From contig NW_026943821.1 in the NCBI RefSeq assembly GCF_035594765.1, positions 13,051,608-13,115,607 on the forward strand: a stretch of DNA of 64,000 bases, read 5' to 3'. The notes below the pieces were generated by a model. It was not told where the DNA came from. It was given only the letters and a program-made list of their open reading frames with translations, and made no database searches. Every line of letters starts with the position of its first letter. Positions within the stretch are counted from its first letter, which is position 1. The translations under genes were made by a program, and so were the position numbers. Source of the stretch: Anolis carolinensis (Eukaryota). Positions 51,961-64,000 of this stretch are shown here, in pieces.

Positions 51961-52648
51961 TTATCTTAATGAGACCACTCTAGGCTGGCTTGAGGAAAGC
52001 AATAGTGCTCTCCTATTGGCTGAGAACAACCTCCTTCGAATGGGAAGAGGTGGAGAATGACCTTGGAGACCAGCGAAAGGTTCATACTTCTCTAGGACAG
52101 TGGTTCTTAAAATGTGCTCCGTGGAGCCCTTGGAGTTCCTCCTGCTCCTGCTCCAAGGGCGTGCGATGACACTGCCATGCTGGTTCTCTTCTTCCTCTTC
52201 TTTCCTCCTTCTCCTGCTACTTCTTTGAGGTCCTGGTGCTCCCAAGGCTCAGCGTGCAGTGGGGTCCCAAGGGGGGGGCAGCCATGCTCCCAGCAAAGCC
52301 AGGCAGAAGGGCCCTGCACCATAATGCTATGGCCACCGAGGATCACATCCCAGGGCCTTAGAGCCCACCAGTCCATCTTTCTTCTTTCTTTTGCCTTCCT
52401 TCCTGGATTCCTTCCTCTGCTCTCTCTTGCCAGACCAGACACCACCAATGTTGCCAAGGAGAAGTCAATACATGCCTTGCAAAGCCCGGCCTGGATCGCA
52501 AAGCCCCACTCTTCCTCTTCATTCTCCTGGGAGTGGAAGCACCTTCCGTGTTTCCAGAACCCTATTTCCCTCCCACTGCTCGGAGTGCTTTGATTGGGCT
52601 TTTACTGCATGGCAGAAAGGGGTTGGACAGCATAGCCCCTGGGATTGC

Positions 52649-52696
<48 letters not shown>

Positions 52697-52980
52697 CATC
52701 ATCATCATCATCATCATCATTATTATTGCAATGACTGGATGGCAATCTGTTGAGAGTGCTTTGCTTTTACTGCATGGCAGAAAGGAGTTGGATTGCATAG
52801 CCCCTGGAGTTGCTATTATTATTATTACTACTACTACTAAGATTGGATTGCCATCTGTTGGGGATGGTTGGGCTTTTACTGCATGGCAGAAGGGGGTTGG
52901 ACTGGATTGTTCTTCATTTTAAATATCCCTGTATTATAATATTAATACTATAATATTAATTGTACTATAATATAATATTA

Positions 52981-53310
52981 GGAGCCCCAGTAGCGAAGTG
53001 TGTTAAAGCACTGAGCTGCTCAACTTGCAGACCGAAAGGTCCCAGGTTCAAATCCCGGGAGTAGAATGAGCGTCTGCTGTTAGCTCCAGCTTATGCCAAC
53101 CTAGCAGTTCGAAAACATGCCAATGTGAGTAGATCAATAGGTACCGCTCCGGCGGGAAGGTAACGGTGCTCCATGCAGTCATGCCGGCCACGTGACCTTG
53201 GAGGTATATATGGACAATGCCGGCTCTTCGGTTTAGAAATGGAGATGAGCACCAACCCCCATAGTCAGACATGACTGGACTTAACGTCAGGGGAAACCTT
53301 TACCTTTACC
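52981..53310 (+). mobile_element. Sauria SINE; further copies at ~53512-53722 (+, truncated), ~56631-56954 (-), ~60460-60785 (+)
   Basis: TSD TATAATATTA; (ACCTTT)n tail. Confidence 0.88.
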
Positions 53311-54495
53311 TATAATATTAAGATTCCTATCTTAACACTCTCGGTGCATATGTATGCATTTAAATGTTAAGGTGTTACCAACTATGATTGGCACTCAATG
53401 TGTGCATGTATGTCTCTTCAAGCTGCTTGTCAACTAATAGTGACTTGATGAGTTTCACAAGGTTTTCTTAGCAGCTTATGGGTTTTTGGCATGGCCAAGC
53501 TAGTGCTCCTCCTGCCAACCTAGCAGTTTGAAAACATGCAAATGTGAGTAGATCAATAGGTACCGCTCCGGCGGGAAGGTAACGGCGCTCCATGCAGTCA
53601 TGCCGGCCACATGACCTTGGGGGTGTCTACAAACAACACCGGCTCTTCGGCTTAGAAATGGAGATGAACCCCAGAGCCGGTCACGACTGGACTTAACGTC
53701 AGGGGAAAACCTTTACCTTTACTAAGCTAGTGCTCTTGTACTGGCCTAAGTGCTGTTGCTATTCTTTTCCCCTTCAGCATACAATGCAAGAAACAAGAAA
53801 ACCTTTTGAAACCAGAAAGCAAGGAAGTTCATCACTAAAAAGCACCGTTCATCACTAAAAGTTGGGTTTGTTTACCCCACAAGCAAGACAGGCTGTCTTT
53901 TTAAAAAAGTAAAGACAACTGATCATGTCAAACAGAACTTTTCAAACATTTCATGTTGGTGATGCACTTTTTAGATATGCATCATTTTGCAACACAGTAA
54001 TTCAGTTTTAATAGCAAATTGGAGGTTAAACCAACCCCTTATAGGAGATACAGGCACATACATAAATTGCAATACTGAAATGTATGGGCACAGCATGTGT
54101 TATAAAAATGTTTTCTTTATATTTTAAAAATATATGATTGATAAGATAATAACACACATTTCCAAGATTTCTATCATTTTTTGTTATGTTTGTGCGACAC
54201 ATTTACACACCACTCAGATGTGAGCCAGTGAATCAAACTGCAAGAGAAGAGATTCCACCTAAAACATTAGGGAAAAAACTTGTAACCATACAGAGCTGTT
54301 CAACTGTGGGACCTATTATTCAGAAGGTTTAGACTCTCCTTCTTTGGGGGTCTTTTAATAGAAGTTAAATTGATGTCTTTTGGGAATGATTTCAACTTGC
54401 AGTGGATTAGACGAGATGGCTTTGCTGTATTTTCTGACTTTATTATCCTGTGATTCTGACTCAAGAAACTCTAGTTCCCTTTCTGAGCACTGAGT

Positions 54496-55419
54496 TTATT
54501 CGATCTCCAAATATTTACTTGCACGGCTAAATGTATGATCTTTATTCCCACGGAGGAAGCGTGCAGTGCTGGCCCATAGCCCTGAGGTCCTGATCCGGTA
54601 GTGGATGCTACCATCTCTTACATTATAGATATTGATGATATTTTGCCCATTCCCAGAAGCAAAAGTCACCACCTGCCCACCACAATCCACAACCATGTGG
54701 GCATTGTCTTGGATGCAGAATGGCTCCTTGGCAAACTCCTCTATAGCAAAATCAAGGCAGCCCCCAAGTTCAGGGGAAAGGGCCCCCCAGGACTGCAATT
54801 TCCCTCTCACCCTCCGCATATTGAAGATGCTCAACGGTTCCTGACGAACTGAGAGTCTTGCGAGGTACATCTCCGGTGTCAGCTCCCGGATACTGTGCTG
54901 GATCTCATTGTATAAGAGATACACTGAAATCTCACACTCTCCATTGCCAGAGAGAAATTCTATCGGCGTCCCGGCACACTGGATAACCATCCGAGCATTT
55001 TGCTGCACCAACGGGGGTTCCTTGTCAAAGATGTCAATGGCGACGTCGAAACAAGCCTTGAGAAGAATGTTTACCCCACTCAATTGATCGCGATGCCTCA
55101 AGAGATTCCCCACCGTCAGGGGTTCAAAGGAGGGCAGCAGGGTGGCCACGAAGAACAGGGCATCCTTGAGGACTTTGATGACACCAGGAGACCACCACCG
55201 TTGCCTGGTCGCCACAGACAACCCCTGCCCTCTGCTCATGGGAGAATGGTCTTCCTGGCCCACAGTAAGCCAAATAACAAATAGGAGGAGGAAAGAAAGC
55301 AACACCACAAATGTCACTACCATTAAAAATTTCCATAGGATTTTTTTCATGTGAGCAGCAAAGAAGGGGAGCATTGCATCAAGGCCCCACTGGATGCCAT
55401 TATGCAGCCAAGCTGCCAT
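54496..55419 (-). CDS. Uncharacterised 307-aa membrane protein with two tandem ~80-aa repeat domains
   Basis: Uninterrupted 924-bp ORF in non-repetitive DNA; acceptor ttttatttctttcag| 4 nt before ATG; hydrophobic helix aa ~27-53; internal repeat aa 99-178 vs 194-277 conserved at protein level. Confidence 0.85.
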   Translation of the reverse strand: MAAWLHNGIQWGLDAMLPFFAAHMKKILWKFLMVVTFVVLLSFLLLFVIWLTVGQEDHSPMSRGQGLSVATRQRWWSPGVIKVLKDALFFVATLLPSFEPLTVGNLLRHRDQLSGVNILLKACFDVAIDIFDKEPPLVQQNARMVIQCAGTPIEFLSGNGECEISVYLLYNEIQHSIRELTPEMYLARLSVRQEPLSIFNMRRVRGKLQSWGALSPELGGCLDFAIEEFAKEPFCIQDNAHMVVDCGGQVVTFASGNGQNIINIYNVRDGSIHYRIRTSGLWASTARFLRGNKDHTFSRASKYLEIE

Positions 55420-55611
55420 ATTCCTGAAAGAAATAAAATGTCATCAGTCATGTGGTAGATATCGTAAAGCTTTAATTCTCAGGTTGTACTTCTGTCTCAT
55501 CGTTTATTCTTGGAAACTAAGCTAGTGGTCATTACTGTTGGAAATACAACAATGGTTAGCACTGAAGAGTGAAGTATGCTGCACAGTGGAGCTGTAGTCA
55601 TAGGGTTAGAT

Positions 55612-55740
55612 CAGTGGTTCTCAACCTGTGGGTCCCCAGATGTTTTGGCCTTCAACTCCCAGAAATTGTAAGAGCTGGTAAACTGGCTGGGAATTTTTGT
55701 AGGTCAAAACACCTGGGAACCCACAGGTTGAGAACCACTG
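55612..55740. mobile_element. hAT MITE
   Basis: TIR CAGTGGTTCTCAACCT / AGGTTGAGAACCACTG; 8-bp TSD GGTTAGAT. Confidence 0.88.
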
Positions 55741-55759
55741 GGTTAGATAGTTCAAATGA

Positions 55760-56217
55760 GGCCGGGCTGTGGCGCAGGCTGTTGAGCAGCTGCAATAAAT
55801 CACTCTGACCATGAGGTCATGGGTCCGAGGCCAGCCCGTGGCGGGATGAGCACCCGTCAATAAAAAATAAAAAATAGCCCCTGCTCGTTGCTGACCTAGC
55901 AACCCGAAAGATAGTTGCATCTATCAAGTAGGAGATAAGGTACCACTTATAGAAAGTGGGGAGGCAAATTTAACTAATTTACGACGTTGGAATGAGGAAG
56001 TGCGGTCAGAGTGGATTATGAAGCAGCTGCTCCCCCCTGTGGCCAGAATCGAACATCCCCTCAGGAAAGGTTAAATTGCCTCTGCGTCTGTCTGTCTCTG
56101 TCTCGGTTCTATGTATATGGGCATTGAATGTTTGCCCTGTGTGTGTATAAGGTGATCCGCCCTGAGTCCCCTTCGGGGTGAGAAGGGCGGAATATAAATA
56201 CTGTAAATAAATAAATA
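55760..56217 (+). mobile_element. Anolis SINE2-like element (tRNA head, L2-type tail)
   Basis: Head GGCCGGGCTGTGGCGCAG; L2-like 3' stem-loop and (TAAA)n tail. Confidence 0.75.
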
Positions 56218-57575
56218 AACTCCCAGAAATCCTAACAGCTGGTAAACTGGCTGGGAATTTTTGTAAGTCAAAACACCTGGGGACCCACAGGTTGAGAATC
56301 ACTGGGTTAGATAGTTCAAATGACTAGAACCATCATCCCTCTATCTCTATTTAACCTAACCCCAGTGTGATTTCCAACCTGCCCTACCACATTCACTGGG
56401 ATTAGGGAAACAAGAAGCTTGCAAAAATGAAAACCTATGAACCAAAACATGCAATTTTATTAACTACTCAAAGAAACTAAAGGTCCTCCAGTACAAATTT
56501 ACTGTCAGTTTCTGCCGGACACTGCAGCAAATACTATTTCAGCCTACATTAATACAACTCTAGTTTCCAAGTCAGGAGTAATGATTGCCACATTGTATTC
56601 GAGCTTCATTGAAACTCTGTGTTCAGTTCTAGGTAAAGGTAAACATTTTCCCCTGACATTAAGTCTAGTCGTGTCTGACTCTGGGGGTTGGTGATCATCA
56701 CCACTTCTAAGCCAAAGAGCCGGCGTTATCCATAGACACCTCCAAGGTCATGTAGCTGGCATAACTGCATGGAGCGCCGTTACCTTACTGCCAGAGTGGA
56801 ACCTAGTGATCTACTCACATTTACATGTTTTCAAATTGCTAGATTGGCAGAAGCTGGGGCTAATAGCAGGAGCTCACCCTGCTCCCCGGATTCAAACCAC
56901 TGACCTCTCGGTCAGCAATCTCATCTGTTTAACCCGCTTTGCCACCGGGGGCTCAGTTCTAAGCACCTCATTTTTTAAAAAAGTATATAGACAATTGGGG
57001 TGTGTAATTCAGGTAAACCCCGTGTAATTTTCAATGTCCAATTTTCAGCTGTCTGAATTCAGGAGAGCAAAAGGCCATTTTTCAATCTGGCTGTTGAAAG
57101 ATCTGTTTTGGCTTCGGAAAGATACAATCCCTTGGTGGCAATGGGGGAAACTTCCCATACTCCCCTTTCCATCATTTTTAAGGCTATCGGGACGAAAATG
57201 GCCACAACATGGAGGAGACATTTACCACTGCAAGCCCGCCAAGTTTCAGAATGTTTGGGTCATCCACTGATTTTTTAGGAAATTCTTAAAAGTTTCTAGA
57301 AGTAAGGTCTCCTTTAAAAAAAAAAACCAAAAAGGTATTCCCCAGAATTTTTTCAGCAGCAGGGCGTCATTCCTGCCAACTATCATAAAGATCCACACAC
57401 CACACGATTTATGGGAAATTTTCAAAATTTTATTATTATATATTTCTAGTTATTTACATTTTATATGTGGGGAGAGGGTAGTTCAGGATTCTTGAGTGAG
57501 AGAAGTAGTACACGCAGAGAAGTCAGGTGAACTAAGGCAAGAGTATACACAAGCCATAAGATAGGCGAGGGGAAT

Positions 57576-58449
57576 TGTCACACTCAAGGCAGCAGAGCAC
57601 CAAGAACCATACACGGAGGCCAATAAACTATCTAATATCTTTATTAAGGAAATATATAACAATGATAAAAGCAAGTAGAAAATATAGTCCAGAAGCAGAC
57701 CTTTCAAATAAGGTCAAATATAGTCCAGAAATAGTTTGTCCAATAAATGATATTAGAGTCCAAAGATAAAATCCAATAAACCGGAACACACACTATTGCC
57801 ACTATTGCCAAACAATAGTGTGGGGAATTGTCCAGGGTCTTTCAAGGTCCAAGGTAAAATCCACAACAAGGCTGGAACCAAAACTTGATTCTAGGAACAA
57901 GGTCCGTGACTATGAACAAGGCAAGGCAATTCTTGAATACTTGAATAAGCAAGGCAAGGAAACTGGATTTGCGGACTTTGCGAAGTCCACACAAGGCTGG
58001 AACACGATTTCACTCCTGAAGCTGCTCTGTTGTCTCCGCACGGAATCAACCGTGCCAGGCACCTTTAACTGGGTCTCGTTTTCCCGCCAAACAGGTGCCC
58101 AGCGTTCTCTTTCCCTAGAGAACAAGAAACGAAACCCAACTGTCCAGATGTGAGACTCCCTGGATTTTCCCAGGGGAAACATGGCTAATCAGTGTCTTGT
58201 TTGGCTGCAATTCTTAAGCTCCTGCGAACCCGCTCTTTCATTCCCCTGTCTGCAGCAAAGGACTGTCTCCTAGCGAAGGGAGGTGAGAGCTGCTCAAGGT
58301 CTGTGTTAATTGGTTTTTGGGCAAGAACATCAACATCAGGCATCTGGAAGGATTCCGGCTGTTGTTGATCCGGAGAAAACCCCATGTTTTCATCCTCATC
58401 TGCCACAGGGACACTAGGAGCGGGACTACAAGACCCATGAGGCATCACA
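57576..58449 (-). mobile_element. Solo LTR
   Basis: TGTCACA...ATCACA termini with 5-bp TSD GGAAT. Confidence 0.82.
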
Positions 58450-58532
58450 GGAATGAAGGAGAAACCCACTTGGGTGAGTCACAAAGACCCCACCTACACT
58501 GCCACAGAATGCAGTTTCAGAATGCCCTTTAA

Positions 58533-59904
58533 TCTATATATATAAAAGAGTGATGGAATCCCGGCGTCCAAGAAAACAACAAAACTAAAGGCCCCCCAAC
58601 CTCGAAATTTGACAACACAACCCATCATCCACGCCTCTAGGTTGATACAACAAAAAGAAAAGAAAAATCAAGTCCTAATTAGAGGGAGAGGAATAATTGT
58701 CTTTATCCAATTGCTGCCAGTTAGAAGGCTAAGCTCTGCCACTTGGTCTCCTAGCAACTCACTCAGCCCAGGGGACAGGCAGAGTTAGGCCTCACTTAGG
58801 CCTCTTCCACAGATTATCTCATTTGCACTGGATTATATGGCAGTGTAGACTCGAAGCCCTTCCACACAGCTATATAACCCATTTATAATCTTATATTATC
58901 TGCTTTGCACTGGATTATCTTGACTCCACACTGCCATATAAAATGCACTTCAGTGTGCATTTTATACAGCTGTGAAGAAGGGGCCTCATATAATCCAGTT
59001 CTAAGCAGAAAATATAAGATTATCAATATACAGTAGCGTCTCACTTATCCAACATAAACAGGCCGGCAGAATGTTGGATAAGTGAATATGTTGGATAATA
59101 AGAAGGGATTCAGGAAAAGCCGATTAAACATCAAATTAGGTAATCATTATACAAATTAAGCACTAAAACATCATGTTATACAACAAATTTGACAGAAAAA
59201 GTAGTTCCATGCGCAGTAATGCTATGTAGTAATTACAGTAGAGTCTCACTTATCCAACACTGGCTTATCCAACGTTTTGGATTATCCAAAGCATTTTTGT
59301 AGTCAATGTTTTCAATACATCCTGATATTTTGGTGCCAAATTCATAAATACAGTAATTACTACATAGCATTACTGCGTATTGAACTACTTTTTTGCCAAA
59401 TTTGTTGTTTAACATGATGTTTTGGTGCTTCATTTGTAAAATCATAACCTAATTTGATGTTTAATAGGCTTTTCCTTAATGCCTTCTTATTATCCAACAT
59501 ATTCGCTTATCCAACATTCTGCCGGCCCATTTATGTTGGATAAGTGAGACTCTACTGTACTCTATTTACAAATTTACCACTGAAATATCACAATGAATTT
59601 AAAACACTGACTACAAAAACATTGATTACGAAAAGGCAGACTGCATTGGACAATCATGAACATTGTATAAGCGAATGTTGGATAAGCGAGATTCTACTTT
59701 AATATGAAATAATTTCTGGGATAGAATAATGTAAAACAATATAATCTCTAAAACCAGGACAGTAAATAAAAAGCGACACTCTGAAAGCAGGGAAATTGGA
59801 AATTCCACAAAGGAAACAATCAGGGCCAGCTAACACCTCCCAAGAAAGGATTCTTCCAGAAAGGAAGCTGAGAAGGGAGAAGGAAGCACTGTGTATTACC
59901 AAAG

Positions 59905-59951
<47 letters not shown>

Positions 59952-60865
59952 GTGTTGCGGTCAACCGTGAAAATGAATACAATCTGGTTCCAAGTATTCA
60001 AAAACACTAAAATCAGAATATATAAAAATTAATATGGTATAATAAAACACAACAATACAATCTCTAAAATCAGAACACTAAATAAAGAATAACACTCTGA
60101 AAACAGGGGAATTCCACACAGGAAACAATCAGGGCCAGCTAACACCTCCCAACAAAGTCTTCCCATTATCAAAGTCTGGCAAATCCTCTGTTTTCTCAGG
60201 GCCACAGACAGTAGAAGCACATAAAATATTGCAAAGAACACCACTCTGAAAACAAGGGAATTCCAGACAGGAAACAATCAGGGCCAGCTAACATCTCCCA
60301 ACAAAAAATTCACTCGGGGAGGAAACAGCCAGGCTTTAAAGCTGCAAGGCCATTACATCCTAATCATTTTCCCTAATTGCAGCATTCATACTAGCCTCCA
60401 ACAGACAAAAAAAAACCCATCAGAAATATTGTATATTCACAACCTTTAGGAAATAATATCCCCTGATGGCGCAGCGTGTTAAAGCGCTGAGCTGCTGAAG
60501 TTCTGGACCGAAAGGCCGCAGGTTTGAATTGGGGGAGTGGAGAGAGCCCCCACTGTTAGCCCCAGCTTCTGCCAACCCAGAAGTTCAAAAACATGCAAAT
60601 GTGAGTGCATCAATAGGTACTGCTCTGGTGGGAAGGTAACGCCACTCCATGCAGTCATCCCACATGACCTTGGAGGAGTCTACGGACAACGCCGGCTCTT
60701 CAGCTTAGAAATGGAGATGAGCACCAACCCCGAGAGTCAGACATGATTGGACTTAATGTCAGGGGAAAACCTTTACCCTTTACCTTAACTACCACCAATT
60801 CCTCAATACTTTATTTCCCATACCACCAGACTTCGCCACAGCAACGCGTGGCCGGGCATAGCTAG
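58533..60865 (+). mobile_element. Non-autonomous Helitron carrying MITE, Penelope-like and SINE fragments
   Basis: 5' TC after A; 3' hairpin GCCACAGCAACGCGTGGC then CTAG; no TSD. Confidence 0.78.
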
Positions 60866-61335
60866 TCTATATCTATAAAAGAGTGATGGCATCACGGCGA
60901 CCCACAAAACAACAAAACTACAGACCCCCCAACGTCGAAATTTGACGACACAACCCATCATCCACGCCTCTAGGTTGATACAACAAAAATAAAATAAAAA
61001 TAAAATCCTAATTAGAGAGAGAGAGGAATAATTGCTTTTATCCAATTGCTGCCAGTTAGAAGGCTAAGCTCCTCCAACTTGGTCTCCTAGCAACCCAATA
61101 AAAAATAATAAAAAACACTAAAAATAATTAAAAACACTAAAAAATTAATAAAATACCATACTAACAAAAATAACTAAAAATTATACAAGAAAATAATAAA
61201 ATATAATAAATAAAAAGATAACTTACAATAAAATTAATTAAAAAATACAAATAACGTCAAATAAAAATTACACAACAATTTTTAACCAATACCACCACCA
61301 CTTTGCCACAGCAACGCGTGGCCGGGCACAGCTAG
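60866..61335 (+). mobile_element. Second, shorter Helitron copy, head-to-tail with the first
   Basis: Starts TC immediately after CTAG; shares the first ~230 bp and the 3' hairpin+CTAG; followed by T. Confidence 0.78.
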
Positions 61336-61619
61336 TTGCATTATAAAGTAGTGTAGACTGCATTCTGAAAGGGCATTGCATGGCAGTATAGATACTCTCA
61401 GCTCCAGAAAAGCCCATCACTATAGCAACAAATAATATTCCCTATCCAAAGGTGGGGTGGATTCAGTAACTTCTCAAACTCTGGCAATGATTTACTAGAA
61501 TGAGCTAAGAGATGCCCAAACATTTAGATAGAGGCTACAAATAAATATTGGGATCCTGGGGAAAAAAATATAAAATTAAACATTTATCCATCTCATATCC
61601 CTTTGAGTTTCCCAGAACT

Positions 61620-61910
61620 TACATATCGAGTGCAACCTCTTTCTTTTGTCTTCTCTGAAGAAAAATGAAACCACCGGACTCTTTTTTGAGCTTTCGATTT
61701 CTTTGAAACCACGTGCCCCATCCTTTACTGCACTAAAACCCAATTTGTCTATACAAATTATCATCCTGGTTCAGAACTGAAAGCGAACGTACTGCATTTG
61801 GCTACTAGTCAGTCCGATGTAGAAGAATCTCGTTGCTTTGTTTCCTGCAGCAGGACTTTCTTTTGAATCTATCTAAGCAACTTTCTTTGGGGCCTTGGAC
61901 TCACCCCTGC
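61620..61910 (-). promoter_or_regulatory. Probable IRF-responsive promoter/first exon(s) of the 307-aa gene
   Basis: GAAATCGAAAGC on minus (61701-61690), GAAAAATGAAACC (61660-61672), GAAAGCGAAC (~61779); minus-strand donors gtaagt (~61622) and gtgagt (~61904); CpG-enriched 61.6-62.5 kb. Confidence 0.45.
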
Positions 61911-62761
61911 CAGGAGAGGGCAGCAAGCAGGGAGTCCAGCATTTAGAAATAATCCAGAATTCGGATTTTCCTGAAGGAAAACAGGAAGTCGGAGCCATTG
62001 AATAGACTGGATTTCACCGAGCATCGCCGCCGACCCTCGAAAACCCCCTTTGAGACCCCCTTTTGTAGCCGCTGCCTGCGACCTGGATTCCTCCCAGGCC
62101 TGAATTGCGTCTGCTTCCGAGAAAGGTATGTATGGGAAAGAGATGCTGTTCAACAGACAGGAGTAGAAGAAAGAATTTTTCGCAAAGAGTGTGTCCACGC
62201 TGTAGGTTTAACTCAGTTTGATACCGCTCCAGTTGCCACGGGATCCTGGAAGTTGCAGTTTCGCAAAGCGACAACTCCCCGGATTCCATAGCAGTCCAAA
62301 CGGTGCCAAACTGCATTAATTCCACAGCGTGGATCCTATCTGAGTGGTGGGCACCCAAGTGGGATCTATTCCCTTTGCAAAAATCTGTATTTTGCTGTTA
62401 CAATTTAATCGTGGCGATTGGGAAAAAGAGACATTGCTCAACTTTCCCGAAGAAGAATCGAAACTAATCTTGACCTTTTCCGGTGAGAGCGATAGGACTT
62501 GTTTCATAATCAGATTTTTTTTTTTGTAAGCAATATTTTCAACAGTAAAAGTTGGGCCTTTTCTCCTTCCCCCTTCCTTGCAAATTCGGTTTGCATTTGG
62601 GAGTGCATTTTCACTGTAGAATTAATATAGTTTAATACAGGAGTATTTTTCAGTGTTCTCAATGGCAAGGGCGCTATAAAATTCCATTATTTTCTGAACA
62701 ACCCTGATGCATTCTTTTGTGACTGTTGCAAATGTTATCTTTGAGATTTGTAGCTCTTAAG

Positions 62762-63021
62762 ATGCGGAACAATGGCTTCAAACTACAGGAAAGGAGATTC
62801 CACCTGAACATCAGGAAGAACTTTCTCACTGTGAGAGCTGTTCGACAGTGGAACTCTCTCCCCGGGGCCGTGGTGGAGGCTCCTTCTTTGGAGGCTTTTA
62901 AGCAGAGGCTGGATGACCATCTGTCGGGGGTGCTTTGAATGAGATTTTCCTGCTTCTTGCAGGGGTTTGGACTGGATGGCCCGTTAGGTCTCTTCCAACT
63001 CTACGATTCTATGATTCTATG
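62762..63021 (+). mobile_element. CR1 LINE 3' end (shorter copy at ~45405-45545)
   Basis: RKNFLTVRAVRQWNSLP..FKQRLDDHLSGVL followed by 3' UTR and (ATTCTATG)n tail. Confidence 0.88.
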
Positions 63022-64000
63022 TTTTGTTTTTATCTGTGATTTCCTCTTGTTGTTTATACCTGTTGCAATTGTGCTGTTAAATGTCAATAAAAGCTGTGTG
63101 TGAACAGTCTGATGTCACTTGGACCACCATGGTTCAATGCTATGGAATTCTGGGATTTGTAATTTGCTCTTGTTGGCAGGGAAGGCTAAAAAGACCCTGT
63201 AAAGCTTTGACTTGGGGTTGCCTTTGAAGACAGCGCGGAAACTACAACTAGTTCTCAGATCAGCAGCCAGATGGTTAACTGGAGCCAGTTACAGGGAGAC
63301 GTCAACTCCTCTGTTGAAACAGCTTCACTGGCTGCCATGAAGCTTCCGGTCCCAATTCAAGGTGCAGGTGCTTACCTATAAAGCCCTAAACGGTTTGGAA
63401 CCGGCCTATCTTTGTGACCACATCTTTCCCTACAAACCTGTTTGATCTCTAAGATCAATTAAAAGCTATATTAACTCTATTAAAACATAAATTATAAAAA
63501 TATTAAAATGCATGAGTAATTAGATTTGTTCACTGACACCTTTCGCGTATGCCTTGATTTGGCCATATTATCTCAGATATTTATTCCTCAAACGCTTGAG
63601 TACACAGTCATGTTTTGACTGCTTTCCTAAAACTTAGGAGTGTCAGGGCTTGTCGGATACTACTGCAGAGAGCATTTTATCATGTTATGTGATTTGTATT
63701 GGACTTGTCCCCATGTGAGCCGTTCCAAGCCCCCGTTGGGGAGATGGAGGCGGAATCCAAAAATAAAGTTATTGACTCCTGATGATTCCATAGCTCAAAT
63801 GGTGTCAAAATGCATCAATTATACACAGTAAACGCACCCATTATTTGATGCAAATTGACCCTTTTCCAGTTTGGCAGCTACTTGCTTTGGGATGGATCCA
63901 CGCTGCAGAATTAATGTAGTGTGACTCTACATTAACTGCCATGTTATTCTGGAATTTGTACTTTTGTAAAGCATTTTGTTTTCCAGAGAGCTCTGCTGCT

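Noticed and set aside
51961-52593. Overlapping GC-rich ORFs
   Set aside because: Begin inside a hAT-like TIR (CAGTGGTTCTTAAA), low complexity, no recognisable motifs or splice support.

Overview
Vertebrate genomic DNA, almost certainly an anole lizard, judged from Sauria SINEs, an Anolis SINE2-like element and typical L1/CR1/L2/Penelope/Helitron/hAT/mariner families. It is not prokaryotic and has no CRISPR array or rRNA. The window is an immunity-related GTPase (IRG/p47, 'interferon-inducible GTPase 5-like') cluster with four GKS-type genes: 10-681 (-; G-domain-only exon that splices out of the window), 9705-10993 (-; with a hidden MGCNIS acylation micro-exon at 15012-15073), 28048-29210 (+; aberrant G4 motif) and 47896-49120 (+). 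A probable decayed fifth copy lies at about 41.2-42.4 kb (-). The cluster carries paralogous promoters/enhancers with IRF/ISRE and NF-kB motifs. Tail-to-tail with the last IRG is an intact 307-aa gene (54496-55419, -) that I cannot assign to a family. It encodes a transmembrane helix plus two tandem copies of an ~80-aa domain and has ISRE motifs in its probable promoter, making it the best candidate for a novel immune component. The rest is transposon-rich: a decayed L1 containing a 100-bp hairpin with hammerhead-ribozyme motifs on both strands, solo LTRs with 5-bp TSDs, a head-to-tail Helitron pair, nested MITEs and a SINE flanked by a 106-bp duplication. Splice models and motif calls were read by eye; no database search was run.
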